64,000 nt of DNA from the NCBI RefSeq assembly GCF_001194135.2, contig NC_068988.1, forward strand, positions 9,996,949-10,060,948, written 5' to 3'. Below the pieces are notes generated by a model. The model was not told where the DNA came from, ran no database searches, and saw only the letters and a list, made by a program, of their open reading frames with translations. Source of the stretch: Octopus bimaculoides. Its lineage: Eukaryota. Below, one piece after another: positions 49,829-64,000 of this stretch. The position numbers were made by a program, and so were the translations under genes. Positions within the stretch are counted from its first letter, which is position 1; each line of letters begins with the position of its first letter.

Positions 49829-51359
49829 AGTCTCCATGTGACTATATGTGTGCGTAATTTTTCTTTTCTTTTCATTCTGGTAGAAGAAGCTAATACGTGT
49901 ATTTATATACTTTTGTCCTACATTTTGATAGATTTTTCCGTAGGCATCAACACAGATTTTCTCAGTCGTAACGCCTGTATGCTCCGTAAATATAATTCTT
50001 TCCAAATAAAATGTACGTCATTGTCATCGCTCGGATGAAGCTATAGGATGTTATCTGGATACTCAACTAAGAGTCCACTTCATCTTATAGCACCTTGGTT
50101 CCTAAACTGGGTTCACTCACCACCAGGGGTCCGCGAAGCGATTTTACGGTGTCCACAAAGTGTTTCAAAATTTCATATCTTTTATGTTGAAAACACTTGG
50201 TTTTCGGTTTTAGCTAAAGCTGGAACCCTTGAACATTCACGCACTACACAGAACCCCTAAGTTTAAAAAACACAGGGCGTACACTAACTGAATGCAAGCG
50301 TCCCTCTGCGGGTTTATTGATCGATGAGCGGGTATGGACGCAACAGCCTTCGTTTGATTTCTGTAGTTATCATCAGTGTATTCTTTGGCGATTTAATAAG
50401 AGTTTTGACTGTTATTTCAAGCAGGTAGACATACTTAGTATGTCCTTTGATTAATTTTAATCCCTCGGCTATTTAATGCTATTTTTGGCCTACTATCGCC
50501 TGTGTCATTGTTCTGTTATTTCCATTTTTTTAAATAGTTACATTTGATAATAATAGAATAAATGACACCTTCGCAAATTCATTTTTCGTATATANNNNNN
50601 NNNNNNNNNNNNNNNNNNNNNNNNNNNNNNNNNNNNNNNNNNNNNNNNNNNNNNNNNNNNNNNNNNNNNNNNNNNNNNNNNNNNNNNNNNNNNNNNNNNN
50701 NNNNNNNNNNNNNNNNNNNNNNNNNNNNNNNNNNNNNNNNNNNNNNNNNNNNNNNNNNNNNNNNNNNNNNNNNNNNNNNNNNNNNNNNNNNNNNNNNNNN
50801 NNNNNNNNNNNNNNNNNNNNNNNNNNNNNNNNNNNNNNNNNNNNNNNNNNNNNNNNNNNNNNNNNNNNNNNNNNNNNNNNNNNNNNNNNNNNNNNNNNNN
50901 NNNNNNNNNNNNNNNNNNNNNNNNNNNNNNNNNNNNNNNNNNNNNNNNNNNNNNNNNNNNNNNNNNNNNNNNNNNNNNNNNNNNNNNNNNNNNNNNNNNN
51001 NNNNNNNNNNNNNNNNNNNNNNNNNNNNNNNNNNNNNNNNNNNNNNNNNNNNNNNNNNNNNNNNNNNNNNNNNNNNNNNNNNNNNNNNNNNNNNNNNNNN
51101 NNNNNNNNNNNNNNNNNNNNNNNNNNNNNNNNNNNNNNNNNNNNNNNNNNNNNNNNNNNNNNNNNNNNNNNNNNNNNNNNNNNNNNNNNNNNNNNNNNNN
51201 NNNNNNNNNNNNNNNNNNNNNNNNNNNNNNNNNNNNNNNNNNNNNNNNNNNNNNNNNNNNNNNNNNNNNNNNNNNNNNNNNNNNNNNNNNNNNNNNNNNN
51301 NNNNNNNNNNNNNNNNNNNNNNNNNNNNNNNNNNNNNNNNNNNNNNNNNNNNNNNNNNN

Positions 51360-51378
51360 GTTAGGGTTAGGGTTAGGG
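51360..51378 (+). repeat. (TTAGGG)3 telomere-type repeat at a contig edge
   Basis: G-TTAGGG-TTAGGG-TTAGGG lies immediately after the 765-N gap at 50595-51359. Confidence 0.9.
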
Positions 51379-51757
51379 TAAAACAGCAAATTTAAAAAGA
51401 AAGAAGCAAAACGAAGCTATGGAAATTAAATACGCTTTACACCGCTTAATCAGCCAAAGGAATAAATGTAAACACCTGAATACTTGTCAGTGATTGGTTG
51501 AAATTATCGAAATAAGACAATTTTTTACATGAAATAAATTCGAATACAAAAATATTTTTCTGTTCTATAACACAAAATAGATAAGTATACGAAGTTTGAA
51601 AGTCTTTCGGTACCAAAAACACTACGTAAAACATTAATGAAAAATGTGGCCCCCGTTTTAAAAAAGATCCAAGTTTTCTCCACAGAGTGAAATAGTACAA
51701 AATTCTGTGCATTTACAGCACAAAAATTAGCATATTGTTATTACGTTTATTTGTAAA

Positions 51758-52650
51758 ATGTCTTTTGCAAAGAAAAGGAGACATGAGGAGGCATATTGGA
51801 GTTTCGGTTTTATTGTGCTTACTGCTGCCAGAGTAGAAAAACCACATTGTGTTCTGTGCTTTTAGGTATTGGAAATGACTCTGATTTTGAAACGCTTTTA
51901 CTGTACTCGTCATGTGTGTTGGTTATCCAAAGGGAGAGTACTGAAAAGAGTATTCGCTCTACAAAATGAGATACACGAATTTCTTCGAGGTGCTAAAAAA
52001 GTGCGGCACAAACAATTCTCCAACACTCAGTTCCTTACATGTCTCTCTTTTTGGTCTAGATTTTTGAATAAGTTAATTCTGTTAACTTAGCATTATAAGG
52101 AAAAGACATCACTATTCTACACTGTCATGAAAAAATGACTGCATTCAAAATGAAGCTCCATTTGTGGTATTCGAAATTGAAATGTGAGGATTTTGCACTA
52201 TATCCTTGACGAAGATAGGTTTCGAGTTGATGCTGACATCTTCGACATAATGAAGCAGCACGTCTTAATACTTCACAATGAAATTCAAAATATATTAAAA
52301 AAAATAAAAAAACATTCCTCAACTTACAGTACTTCGAAAATTTCATCATGTCATTACCAATCCCATCTCTGTTGTTGACCTTCTACCGGAAGATTACGAC
52401 ATTCAAGAACACTTCATTGACTTGCTGAATGATGGAAGTGCAAAAACCGCCTTTCGTAACATGTGTCGCAGTCCTATCCAGATGTTGCCAAATTGGACCC
52501 TAAAATTCATCGTTCTTCCATTCGCAACAACGTAGGAATGTGAGACGGCTTTTGCAACTTTACTCGCAATGAAAACAACCTGGATGTTGCGCATGACATG
52601 AGGGTCGCAGTATCAAAAAGCAGTCTATCACTGATGGCATATTACAGACC
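51758..52650 (+). pseudogene. Decayed hAT transposase (BED-type N-terminus fused to the C-terminal half and hATC dimerisation region)
   Basis: MSFAKKRRHEEAYWSFGF..EKPHCVLCF*VL is joined in frame to CWLSKGRVLKRVFALQNEIHEFL. Later pieces: GKDITILHCHEKMTAFKMKLHLW, IQEHFIDLLND, LPFATT*ECETAFATLLAMK and LDVAHDMRVAVS. Stops and frameshifts are present. Confidence 0.9.
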
Positions 52651-53385
52651 AAACATCCCTATCATGGAATTTAAAAAAATTTTATTAGTAAAATTATATC
52701 TCATGAAAAATTATTTTATACAAGGTCATTTTGCTTTGTTCGTCTTCTCTGATTTTTCCTTTTAGAGCCGGGGTGGGGGTCCGCAAGGCCTCGAAAAAAT
52801 GGGAGAGGGTCCGTAAGACGAAAATTTTGAAAAAGTTTTGGTTATGAAACAATCAGCTGTAAAGTAATGAAATTCATTACATGGTCTTTGGTATTTTCCG
52901 GTGTATTATCTCTTTGTTTCTTATTACCACTCTATACTAATCTAACATTGTGTTAAAAATCAGACATATATTGAATTCTACTGCAGGTTATTAGTCTCAC
53001 TATGTCTCAGCGAAATACTAATAAAATAAATGTGCGTATATATAAAACCTCTAAGCGCCTTATTCATATCACTGATCTTGTTCGTGAGAAATGTAACATT
53101 ATTTATATTTTGATGGTTTTTTCTTGTTTTGTATTTAGGTTGATATTCCTTCCTGCAACACGCCGATCTCGCACGTATGAAATTCGCTATAAATAAACGA
53201 CAACAGTAATGTATTTATGTATGCAATTTCTATATCAACAATTTTATTGTAATATAAAAGATACACACTTGATACTGGCGGCAACATCGTCCAGTGCTAC
53301 AGTCTTATGCCCTCACCTCTTGTCCCCCCCTTTCTCCCCTCTCTCTCTTTCTCACTATATATATATATATATGTATATATACATT

Positions 53386-53430
<45 letters not shown>

Positions 53431-54369
53431 CCGTGTGTGTTTGTGTGCGAATGCGCGCATATGCGTATATACAGGCATTCGCATTTACAAATATCACACG
53501 ATGTGATATGTGTAAATACGCCTCAGCGATATGTGTGATATGTGTATATAGAAATGCCTGAAAATAAATATCAACAAATTACGACCACATAAAAGCATTT
53601 CGTAACGAAGTTGTTCTCAATAAATTTAGAAATTAAAACTGCATATGAAATATTGTTAATTTATAAGTTTGAATTCTCATACACATAAAATTATGTATAG
53701 AACTTTATGCTATTTCCATCTTTGTATTAAAATGTTTTCCACAACTGAGTATTAGTTTATCTCAATGTATTTTGATATCTCTGCGCAATACAGTTTACAT
53801 ATCGATCGTATATGTTTATAAATTGCAGCATTTCAAGAAACATTTAACTTTTCCTTAACTGCATAGATTATTACGATGTGTTAAATTATTCAAATTGGTG
53901 CTTAAGATATATGTCCACCATGAGTATATATTCCGTAATTTTTGTCATCCGACTCGTTTTATTACGGCCACTTACATTCGAGAAGACATATATACATTAA
54001 AAGCGTAAATATGCGAAGACAGAAAATAGCAAATGTATTTCTACCAATGAAATATATTACTTAATGAAATATGTTAATATATAATGTAATGCATATGTAT
54101 ATGTTAGGCGGTGTGATGGCAGAAACGTTAGCATGCCAGGATATATGTGGGTGTATGAACACCCTCGGGCAAGATGGATTGCATGTTCGTTTCTCTATTT
54201 GCCATCTCTGATTTTATTTTTTATCTTCTATATAAATGAAGTTATTTCCCCCGTCTGATTGCTTTTCTCGCTATAAAACGTGAAGTTACATTGTGGAACA
54301 GTTATTTTAAGGAGTTGTATTTATGTATCACCCGACGAGTTACATCTGCACCGCCGGCTGCTCCTCACC

Positions 54370-54471
54370 CAGTTGTCGAGTGTCCCGACCATGAGGAATC
54401 AATGTTAGATGTGTCGGAACAATTGTCATGATTAATAATAAATCCTCGTATATTCCATTTTCTCTTTCATT

Positions 54472-54477
<6 letters not shown>
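54370..54477 (+). repeat. Dispersed repeat family E, copy 2, running into (AT)n
   Basis: About 85% identical to 18047-18156. Confidence 0.85.
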
Positions 54478-54528
<51 letters not shown>

Positions 54529-54833
54529 NNNNNNNNNNNNNNNNNNNNNNNNNNNNNNNNNNNNNNNNNNNNNNNNNNNNNNNNNNNNNNNNNNNNNNNN
54601 NNNNNNNNNNNNNNNNNNNNNNNNNNNNNNNNNNNNNNNNNNNNNNNNNNNNNNNNNNNNNNNNNNNNNNNNNNNNNNNNNNNNNNNNNNNNNNNNNNNN
54701 NNNNNNNNNNNNNNNNNNNNNNNNNNNNNNNNNNNNNNNNNNNNNNNNNNNNNNNNNNNNNNNNNNNNNNNNNNNNNATGTATTAGTATATATATACACA
54801 CACACACGCATATATACATAGATACATATATAC

Positions 54834-54871
<38 letters not shown>

Positions 54872-55615
54872 GCATATATATATATACATGCATATATATA
54901 TATTATATGTATGTATACATACATACAAACACAAATACATATATATATATATACGTATGTGTGTAAATACATTCATATATATGTAGTGAGCTTGATATAC
55001 GCACTACAAAACACACACGCGCATATGTAAGTGCGCGTGTGTGTATAAGTGTGCGTATGTATATGTGAGCGTGTGTGTATCTAACTAAGTGTACGAAATT
55101 ATGTAAGGTTCATTGTTCTGATATAAAATTATATGTTTTTCATAACAGAGACATCTACTCAACGACAAACGAAACTAAACAAATCGACTCGATACAAAGA
55201 TATAAAGACGTTGGTACATGTATGATAAATCAATTTTTAATCTGGAAAGAAAGCAGAGTTAGTTTTCTTAGAGAGAGCCGAAAGCAATTTGTATATCTTC
55301 AATGTCTGACACTACTACACATAACGGCTGTTTTAATCGGCCATACTGACTAGACTAAGTAATTAGAAATGAATCTTTCAACGATATTTTACCTTATAAC
55401 AGCAGACGAAAAGAAAACAAACACTTGGAAACGTATTACAGCCTGCAGATTTGCAAATGACTAAATTATTTATATATATCATGTAGGCCCTCCACCACAA
55501 GAAAGAAAAAAAAGCAAACAAAAAATAAACGTAATGCACTAAATTCAGTGAAATTAAACAAACCAATTTGAGGTGCATGGTTAATTAATATTCTGGACCA
55601 AAGTGGGATGGAAGG

Positions 55616-55648
<33 letters not shown>

Positions 55649-56195
55649 NNNNNNNNNNNNNNNNNNNNNNNNNNNNNNNNNNNNNNNNNNNNNNNNNNNN
55701 NNNNNNNNNNNNNNNNNNNNNNNNNNNNNNNNNNNNNNNNNNNNNNNNNNNNNNNNNNNNNNNNNNNNNNNNNNNNNNNNNNNNNNNNNNNNNNNNNNNN
55801 NNNNNNNNNNNNNNNNNNNNNNNNNNNNNNNNNNNNNNNNNNNNNNNNNNNNNNNTATATATACATGTGCATATCGATAGTGAAACTAATAGAAATGAAA
55901 TTATTAAAAGTGAAGCTATTAACATACGTATATATATATATAGTGAAAATAATAAAGTTTAAACTAAAACTTGTGTAAGTGAAACGATATAAATGTGAAA
56001 CTATTATATCACATTACGATAGAGACGATATTGTTTCACTTTTGACAAGTAATACCGAAACAGTAATGCATGCGTTAAATTTGAATGAGATCGGTTATGT
56101 ATTTCTCGAGTTTTAGTGATGCACACATACATACATACATACAGACAGACTCATTCTGAGTGTTTATATATATATATATATATATCCATCACACA

Positions 56196-56248
<53 letters not shown>

Positions 56249-57034
56249 AGTCTGTCTGTCTGTCTGTGTGTCTGTCTGTCTTTGTGTGTGTGTGCGTGTT
56301 TGTAGTAGGTATGTATGGATTTACATATTTCTTCCCGTTTCATTTTGATATGACAAGGAATGATTTTAACTGGTAGGATGTGTTTGAATGTGTGGAACAT
56401 TATTCCGACTTAATTAACCCTTAATCTTAGAGGTAAGGAAGTATTCTTTGATAAAACAATTGGAAACCATTGGAAACAAGTTTTGTAACAGAAGTGTAAA
56501 TTATAAATATTATATATGAATATATAGAAAGTCTCATGACCGGTGGTCATGTACACAGCGAATCTATATTGATATGAATGCTTGTATTTCATAGAGAACC
56601 ATCATAGAATTTTTCATATGTCATGTAATTTCAAATTTGATATAATTTTCATATCCGATATAATATGTAATATCTGATAACATTGGAAATGCCTAAAATT
56701 CGTTGGTTTATGCAGGCAGCTACCAGCAATGAGTCATATCTGATATTAAAATTGCGTACGTTTGATGATAAAATTTGTGTTTCGATCGAGGTCTTTGTAG
56801 AGAGGGAAGCCAAATAATTAGGATTCATTTAGGATACGCTTACTTTGAAAATGTCTGCATGATAAACAGTTTATTTTATTTCACTACTGTTACTCATTTC
56901 AGCAATGAGTCCGTCACAAAGATCTAATGATTTTTAATATAATTATGGATTTAATGTACATTTACACTGGAATTAAATGTGCGAGATGGTCCCTAAGGTA
57001 TTTAAATACAGCGATACATATATACATAGACAAT

Positions 57035-57092
<58 letters not shown>

Positions 57093-58198
57093 NNNNNNNN
57101 NNNNNNNNNNNNNNNNNNNNNNNNNNNNNNNNNNNNNNNNNNNNNNNNNNNNNNNNNNNNNNNNNNNNNNNNNNNNNNNNNNNNNNNNNNNNNNNNNNNN
57201 NNNNNNNNNNNNNNNNNNNNNNNNNNNNNNNNNNNNNNNNNNNNNNNNNNNNNNNNNNNNNNNNNNNNNNNNNNNNNNNNNNNNNNNNNNNNNNNNNNNN
57301 NNNNNNNNNNNNNNNNNNNNNNNNNNNNNNNNNNNNNNNNNNNNNNNNNNNNNNNNNNNNNNNNNNNNNNNNNNNNNNNNNNNNNNNNNNNNNNNNNNNN
57401 NNNNNNNNNNNNNNNNNNNNNNNNNNNNNNNNNNNNNNNNNNNNNNNNNNNNNNNNNNNNNNNNNNNNNNNNNNNNNNNNNNNNNNNNNNNNNNNNNNNN
57501 NNNNNNNNNNNNNNNNNNNNNNNNNNNNNNNNNNNNNNNNNNNNNNNNNNNNNNNNNNNNNNNNNNNNNNNNNNNNNNNNNNNNNNNNNNNNNNNNNNNN
57601 NNNNNNNNNNNNNNNNNNNNNNNNNNNNNNNNNNNNNNNNNNNNNNNNNNNNNNNNNNNNNNNNNNNNNNNNNNNNNNNNNNNNNNNNNNNNNNNNNNNN
57701 NNNNNNNNNNNNNNNNNNNNNNNNNNNNNNNNNNNNNNNNNNNNNNNNNNNNNNNNNNNNNNNNNNNNNNNNNNNNNNNNNNNNNNNNNNNNNNNNNNNN
57801 NNNNNNNNNNNNNNNNNNNNNNNNNNNNNNNNNNNNNNNNNNNNNNNNNNNNNNNNNNNNNNNNNNNNNNNNNNNNNNNNNNNNNNNNNNNNNNNNNNNN
57901 NNNNNTATATATATATATTTATGTGTATTGTGTTTATATGTGTGTGTGTTGGTGTGTGTGTGTGTGTGCGCGCATATAGCGTTAGGAAAAAACATATTAA
58001 TTTGATTGAATAATCTTCGTTTACATTTGTCATTTTGTCACAGACCTATTCGGATATTGCTTAGGCAGTTTCCTTGCATATCATCAATCTGCAGACCGAA
58101 GCAGTTAAGGTCTATTGAACAGTAATCTAAAATATTATTAGCTTTACCCATGAAGGTGGAGAGAATACAGGGCCATATATAATGAAAGTATTTCTTTA

Positions 58199-58250
<52 letters not shown>

Positions 58251-61200
58251 ATGTGCCCGCGTATGTGTATCAGGTTGAGTGAAAAGTCAAATTTTCATTG
58301 GCAACTTCTATCACCATGTTATATCATTAATTTGATACAACTTTTCAAATTGTTGCCTAATCGTTTATCCTTTATTATCATATAGCATATAGTCATTATT
58401 TGTTGAGTCTTTAATTCAAAGCTCTGGCAATGAGTGGTAACAATGTTGGTACTAGAGCTCCTACGTTGGCAGCAGAGTTTCGAACTCCACAAACCATCAG
58501 CAATCCACAATTATATAAGCTTGGTCGTGGGAACAGACGCTGTCAAGTAGTTCCTAATTAACGAATAACCAAGCTCAGCGATATGTGAACATTTACAAAC
58601 ACTTTAAATAAATAAATGCTATCGTACGTTCAACAACTAAAACATCGGCTGCAAAGCAAAATGATAATAAATGTTCAGTATTATATTTGCATTATAGTTA
58701 AGATGTATCTGCAGTGTACAGTAAAACATTTCTACAAATAGTTTATTGTATAGCTAGAAGTATGTGCCACATTTAGTATAGAGCTTTTTCCAATAATATT
58801 TACTCAATATATCAGCAATATATGATTTAAATATTCACTTTTGTAGGTTTTAGCGCTGAATTATGGAACATATGTATATCTAACTACAGAAATTATACGC
58901 CAGGTATTTGCTTGTACGCTGCTCCAATACACCACATAGGTATTACAGCAATACTAGAACGTTCATATATACGTACATTACCTTTATAAGAATAATTAAA
59001 GTGTGCATCACCATTATTGCATTCTCATCTTCACAGATCCTTAGATTTTGTAATAGCTAATATCTATTATAATGTTTTGCCGAATGTCCAGATTTCAGAG
59101 TAGCGCATGAATATGTTGCTATTCAATATGTTGCATAGTTGTTATCGAAAATCTTGACGAATGCATTAGAATATAATAATTCACATATTGGAGCTTACCT
59201 CAGGTAAAGAGATGAAACGAATTTAGTGGTATTTGCAGAATTCAACTAACCCAAATCAGACAATATGCCCTTTGATTTCTGAAGTAATAATACAGTTTTT
59301 CTAAAATATTAATTCCGCAAAAAGAAGCCCACAACAAATGAAAATGAATAGCGGATATCGATTTTCAGTCATCATCTCTGTAAGAAATGGGAAATGAACC
59401 AAATCAGGTGCTCAATATAGAATTGCAGTAAATTGGGCTGGATGTAGTAACAGAACAGCTAGTAATAATGCACCGACATATGACAGTCATATTTTTTTAT
59501 AAAATTCAAATGGATTTGAAGGAATATAAAATATCCAACGGAGGAAGATAAAAACATAGCTCTTCCTGATTTAATGCAAATGATAATCAGTTAGAAAGAC
59601 ATGGCAATATTAACCTTATACGTGAAAGGCATTTTACTTCATGGCAGATATTTTATAATTTATGATGCTACGAGTATCAAATTCTAAAATGCAGATGAGG
59701 TCAATACGTTAATGTGACCTACGTTAATTTCAATAAGCATTGGATTTGAATCTTTCGTTACCATCTTAAAGGGTACTGATTGTTCAATCTGAGAAAAATA
59801 TTGTAAAATTCATTTGTAAAAGCAAATGCGTCTTAAAGCATTAATTAATGCTTTAACTTAAATTATACCCCCATATTTTTGTGAATTTCTATATTTTCCC
59901 TTCAAGCATTTAATTTTTGTTATTTATGTTTCTTCTAAAACACTTCTATTTTCGAATATTTAATTGTAGGAATATCTCTGAATATTTTACACAATATTAT
60001 CAAAATATGATTTACACTCTAGATATCATAGTATTAACGAAATGGATAACACTAGCTGTCTGACAAATATATATTGAATATATATACAAATTATGATAAA
60101 AGTGTTTTAAAATGTGATAAACTCATATGCGAAATAAATATAATGACGTAATACACAGCAAAAATATTTATGTTAAGTCTGAGAATACGTCCTCCCAATT
60201 TTTGTTTGATAATGGTTAGTTTATCTCATGTTTAAGGCACTAGAATTTGTATGCATCTTGAAATATTTTACTAGGAACAATGGCTATGTTCTCCAAATTT
60301 GTAGATAGATGATTGGTCATAAATCGGTTAGCATATAATATACATCTCAGTTTACATCTCAAAATATTTCGCGCTCAATAACAAGTAAGTTAAGTAAATA
60401 ACTTGAAAAATCTATTTTAATTTTTTTTTCTTGTTATGAAAGACACGCCTGTTTTGAAGGACACGCCTAAAAAATATTGTTGTGGATATGCTTCCTTTTC
60501 TCATAAAAAAAACATTTATTTATTACTTGTTTATAAATTTATCGATGTATTTCTTCATCAATTTATTCCTTTATTTATGATATTACATTTTTTATAAATG
60601 CATGTTGTGTGCTATAGAAACTGAAATGCTTTTAATTTTGTTTGATATGTAAAAATACAGTCAAACCAAAATGTTTGCTTTCAATAGAATACGGTACGTT
60701 GTTGACGATGATGATGTGGAGGAAAGGCATCATATTCACCACCATCATCACCATAATAATCATCACCACCATCAGCATCATCAACATGCATACGTGTTTC
60801 CGATATAAATCTGCGTAAAAATACGACGGTTATAAAACATGACCACATTTTGAAAGAAGTCAGTAATTTTAGATGCATCAATTTCCCTATCCAAATAAAT
60901 TTAGGCAATTCATATAAATTTACATATGCAATGTTTTTTTTACTTCTTTTGATGAATTGTAAAGTTATATTTACTTCTCCTACATATGTTCACACTATTT
61001 TCACACCACTTTGTAGTTGATCATTGTACATTTCTGAATGCACCAGAGAACATTTCATGGTGATATAAACATACACCACTCTAACAGTGTCTTTCTTTGC
61101 TTTCCTTAAAGAAAACATGTGAACGTTAATTAATTTCAGAAATAAAGACTGAGTGAAGGATAAGGGGAAGAAAGAGTACTCAGAGCAATGTAAATACTTC

Positions 61201-61614
61201 GGATGATTTTCAAAATGATGTGTTTGGCTGGTCGAGAAACATAATATTGAGTAGAAAGACATGATTATTTATGCTTTCCATATAGATTTAGGGAAAGAAC
61301 TATGCAGCAAGATTTTACTTGTCCAACAGTTTTATTAAATTTCAAAGCGACAAAATTTGACCTTAAAACAAGGAAGCACTAGAGCTGCCGCAAGCGAATC
61401 GAAGTGATTTTTTCATAAGAATTCTTAGCGTAGCCTACACTGAATTATGTCTACAGAGGTCAGTGCAGATGTCAAATATCAGATCTATTCTGCTGCATAT
61501 CTGCATTAAAATTTTGAAAGTAATAAGTTTCAAGACTGTTGGAGTCAAATATATTCGAGGTTAAGTTTCGTTGATTGCAATTTTTCTTCACGTAAATGAA
61601 ATAGATTTCACTTT

Positions 61615-61615
<1 letters not shown>

Positions 61616-61704
<89 letters not shown>

Positions 61705-61705
61705 C
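61616..61705. repeat. Long (CA)n microsatellite, representative of dozens of CA/TA/GA tracts in the window
   Basis: Read directly. Confidence 0.95.
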
Positions 61706-64000
61706 ACAAACAAGCACGTCTGCGTGCGTGTCTGTACAAAAGTGTGTGTGTGTGTAAGTATATATGTATACATATGCATGCAGGTATGTATGTACGTATG
61801 TATACACATACGTAGACACTTCGATGGATATATAATTGAGAAGCTGTTTAAGCAGCTTGCGTCATTCTCTTGCTATCAAATGTTTAACGTATTTTTTATT
61901 CTCTTTTTCACAGTTCATACTTTCAAAGCTATTACATTTTAATAGCAAAGTTTCAGAAGGAACATTTCATCCTACTCCTGATACAATTTATTTCTTTTGC
62001 TACGATTACAGAGAGCATTACTTAAATATAGATGTTCTTCTATATACTGGAAGGAAGAAAAACTTATGTGAATGCTGAAACGAAAATGCTTGCATTGAAA
62101 ATGCAATTGAACTCATTTAAGTTACTTTTTCTTATATTTACAAAACCATTATGTTATTGAGTTCTTAACTGTCTAATATGTTATTCGCAGAATTTAAAAG
62201 AAAAAAAAAATACGTCATTGGATTACATAATGGAATTAACACAAATATATTTTGTTAAATACTTACAAACCATACTGACACTTTTAAACACCCAGACACA
62301 CATGACACACATATATATATGTATGGAAGTATGTATGTACCTACGTAGGGATGGATGGATTGATAGATGGATGTGCGTGTATTATATACGTTTATATATA
62401 TATATTTAAACATATATAGGAATATATAGATGTATACGAAAATGCATAATGGTATATATATATATATATATNNNNNNNNNNNNNNNNNNNNNNNNNNNNN
62501 NNNNNNNNNNNNNNNNNNNNNNNNNNNNNNNNNNNNNNNNNNNNNNNNNNNNNNNNNNNNNNNNNNNNNNNNNNNNNNNNNNNNNNNNNNNNNNNNNNNN
62601 NNNNNNNNNNNNNNTATATAGACGTGTGAATGTGTATGTAGAAATATACATACGCATCTTTTCATATCTATATATATATATATATTTCGAAATATATATA
62701 TATATATGTATTTACACACACACGCACGCATGCTTGCACACACACACACACACACACACATACACACACACACACAACTCAAGACTAAATGTGTTTTCGG
62801 GAGCGTAAAAGCACGACATAAAAGCACACAAAAAGACACATGTATGCATGCATTGATATTTGTTGTTTTTTTTGTGTCTGCAAATGAGAATAAGAGAGGG
62901 GGAGAGGGGGAGAGAAAGAGAGAACGATAAAATGATGGGAGGTGCGTAATTGATCAGCACAATGTTTCATATCAGATTTCTTGTTGAAGCGATTCTGTTT
63001 TTCATATGCTTTTCTAGATTCCAATTATTTTCATTACATTATTCAATGGATTTTCTACAAAAATTCTTCAACACTTCCTCACCTATATTGACAATGGGCG
63101 TTATCAAGTGTTATATTCTACCACTAACGTTGGAAAACAATATTTTAATGATTATTTTGTTTATATGACATCTGCATTCAGATGCAGTACAAGCTCTCAG
63201 TTACATAAAACTGCTTCCGTTTACAAGTGTACACCTTAACAGTCTATCTTTTCGTAGCTTAACAGACCGTCTTTTATACGACTTTATTTAATATCACGTA
63301 CACTGCATGAAGGACAGTGCTCCAGTATCGATTACAAATGATGTACTTTATAGGTAACTTGGATATATAATCTGAAATATGGTTGTCTGTTCAAAGAAAT
63401 GTAAGAAGTGGTTAGAGTTTTGTGAAAAAAATTGAGCTCTTGAAGGTTTGTAATACTGTAAAAGCGATATAAAATTTATTTCAAATAGCAGAATACAGGA
63501 TGACTTCACATGGGATGTAAAAATGCTCACAAATCAAGAAGAGATTGCTCACGTAAGGATTTTAATTTAGCTTCTATAATCTTAGCGATTTTGTCAGATT
63601 TCGCATGATTCTCCACGTTTGAGATTAAAGAAGAATGTTTTCAATCCGAAATAAAAAAAAATGAGGGGCAACAAATTAAAATTTTAGATATGCTTTTCTA
63701 ATAATTGTTTGTTGATTGCCATTAAACTAATACTACATGGAAATATGTGCCGTAACCACTCTTTGTATTAGTATACATGTCAAACAAAATATATAGTACT
63801 AAATAAAATCCAGTAAGAATTTAACAAGTTTTGATCTCTTCATAGCTATTTTTGTCGCATGATATGGTAAATACTTATTGAGATTTACTAATATTCTCTA
63901 TTATTATAAATATGTTTCTGAAATATATTGCCTTTGGAAATGGTCTGTATGTTTAGTGACATAAAGTCGGTAAAATTTACGATTCAAATTTAAAAGATTG

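Larger units (their letters stand above)
50093..52841 (+). mobile_element. Internally deleted Buster/Charlie-type hAT DNA transposon
   Basis: Left end CCTTGGTTCCTAAACTGGG...CCAGGGGTCCGCGAAG resembles Charlie-type termini and is preceded by TTATAGCA (NNNTANNN). Right subterminal GGGGTCCGCAAGG...GGGTCCGTAAGACGAAAATTTTGAAAA, followed by TTATGAAA (5 of 8 match to the left flank). A transposase remnant lies inside. Confidence 0.7.
2626..62614. other. Assembly gaps (range spans first to last gap), largest at 2626-3041, 32559-33334, 50595-51359 and 57093-57905, plus several 10-N gaps
   Basis: N runs read directly; most are flanked by (TA)n or (CA)n tracts. Confidence 0.99.

Noticed and set aside
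1-64000. ORFs in the supplied track (poly-H/T, V/C, I/Y, N/D, X-filled)
   Set aside because: They are translations of microsatellites, N-gaps, SINEs or antisense transposon remnants. None has a recognisable intact domain.

Overview
Repeat-dense, AT-rich animal genomic DNA with about 16 N-gaps and many (CA)n/(TA)n/(GA)n and trinucleotide microsatellites. The SINE content and microsatellite style point to a cephalopod, most likely Octopus (inference). I could not support any intact protein-coding gene: the supplied ORFs are microsatellite or gap artefacts, or pieces of dead transposons, so the window is probably intergenic or inside a large intron. Recognisable content: more than 25 tRNA-derived SINE copies from at least three families; two head-to-tail 3' ends of R4/Dong-type non-LTR retrotransposons; a decayed mariner transposase carrying a nested 155-bp solo-LTR-like insert; a mariner-derived MITE; an internally deleted Buster/Charlie-type hAT with (TTAGGG)3 at an internal gap edge; and a decayed RTE-like LINE. 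The most interesting signal is three unrelated short elements, each carrying a minimal type-I hammerhead-ribozyme fold of the Penelope/retrozyme type on the minus strand (21864-21930, 27692-27728, 45444-45493). One of them sits in the loop of a 62-bp inverted-repeat element. Element boundaries are approximate unless exact motifs are quoted.
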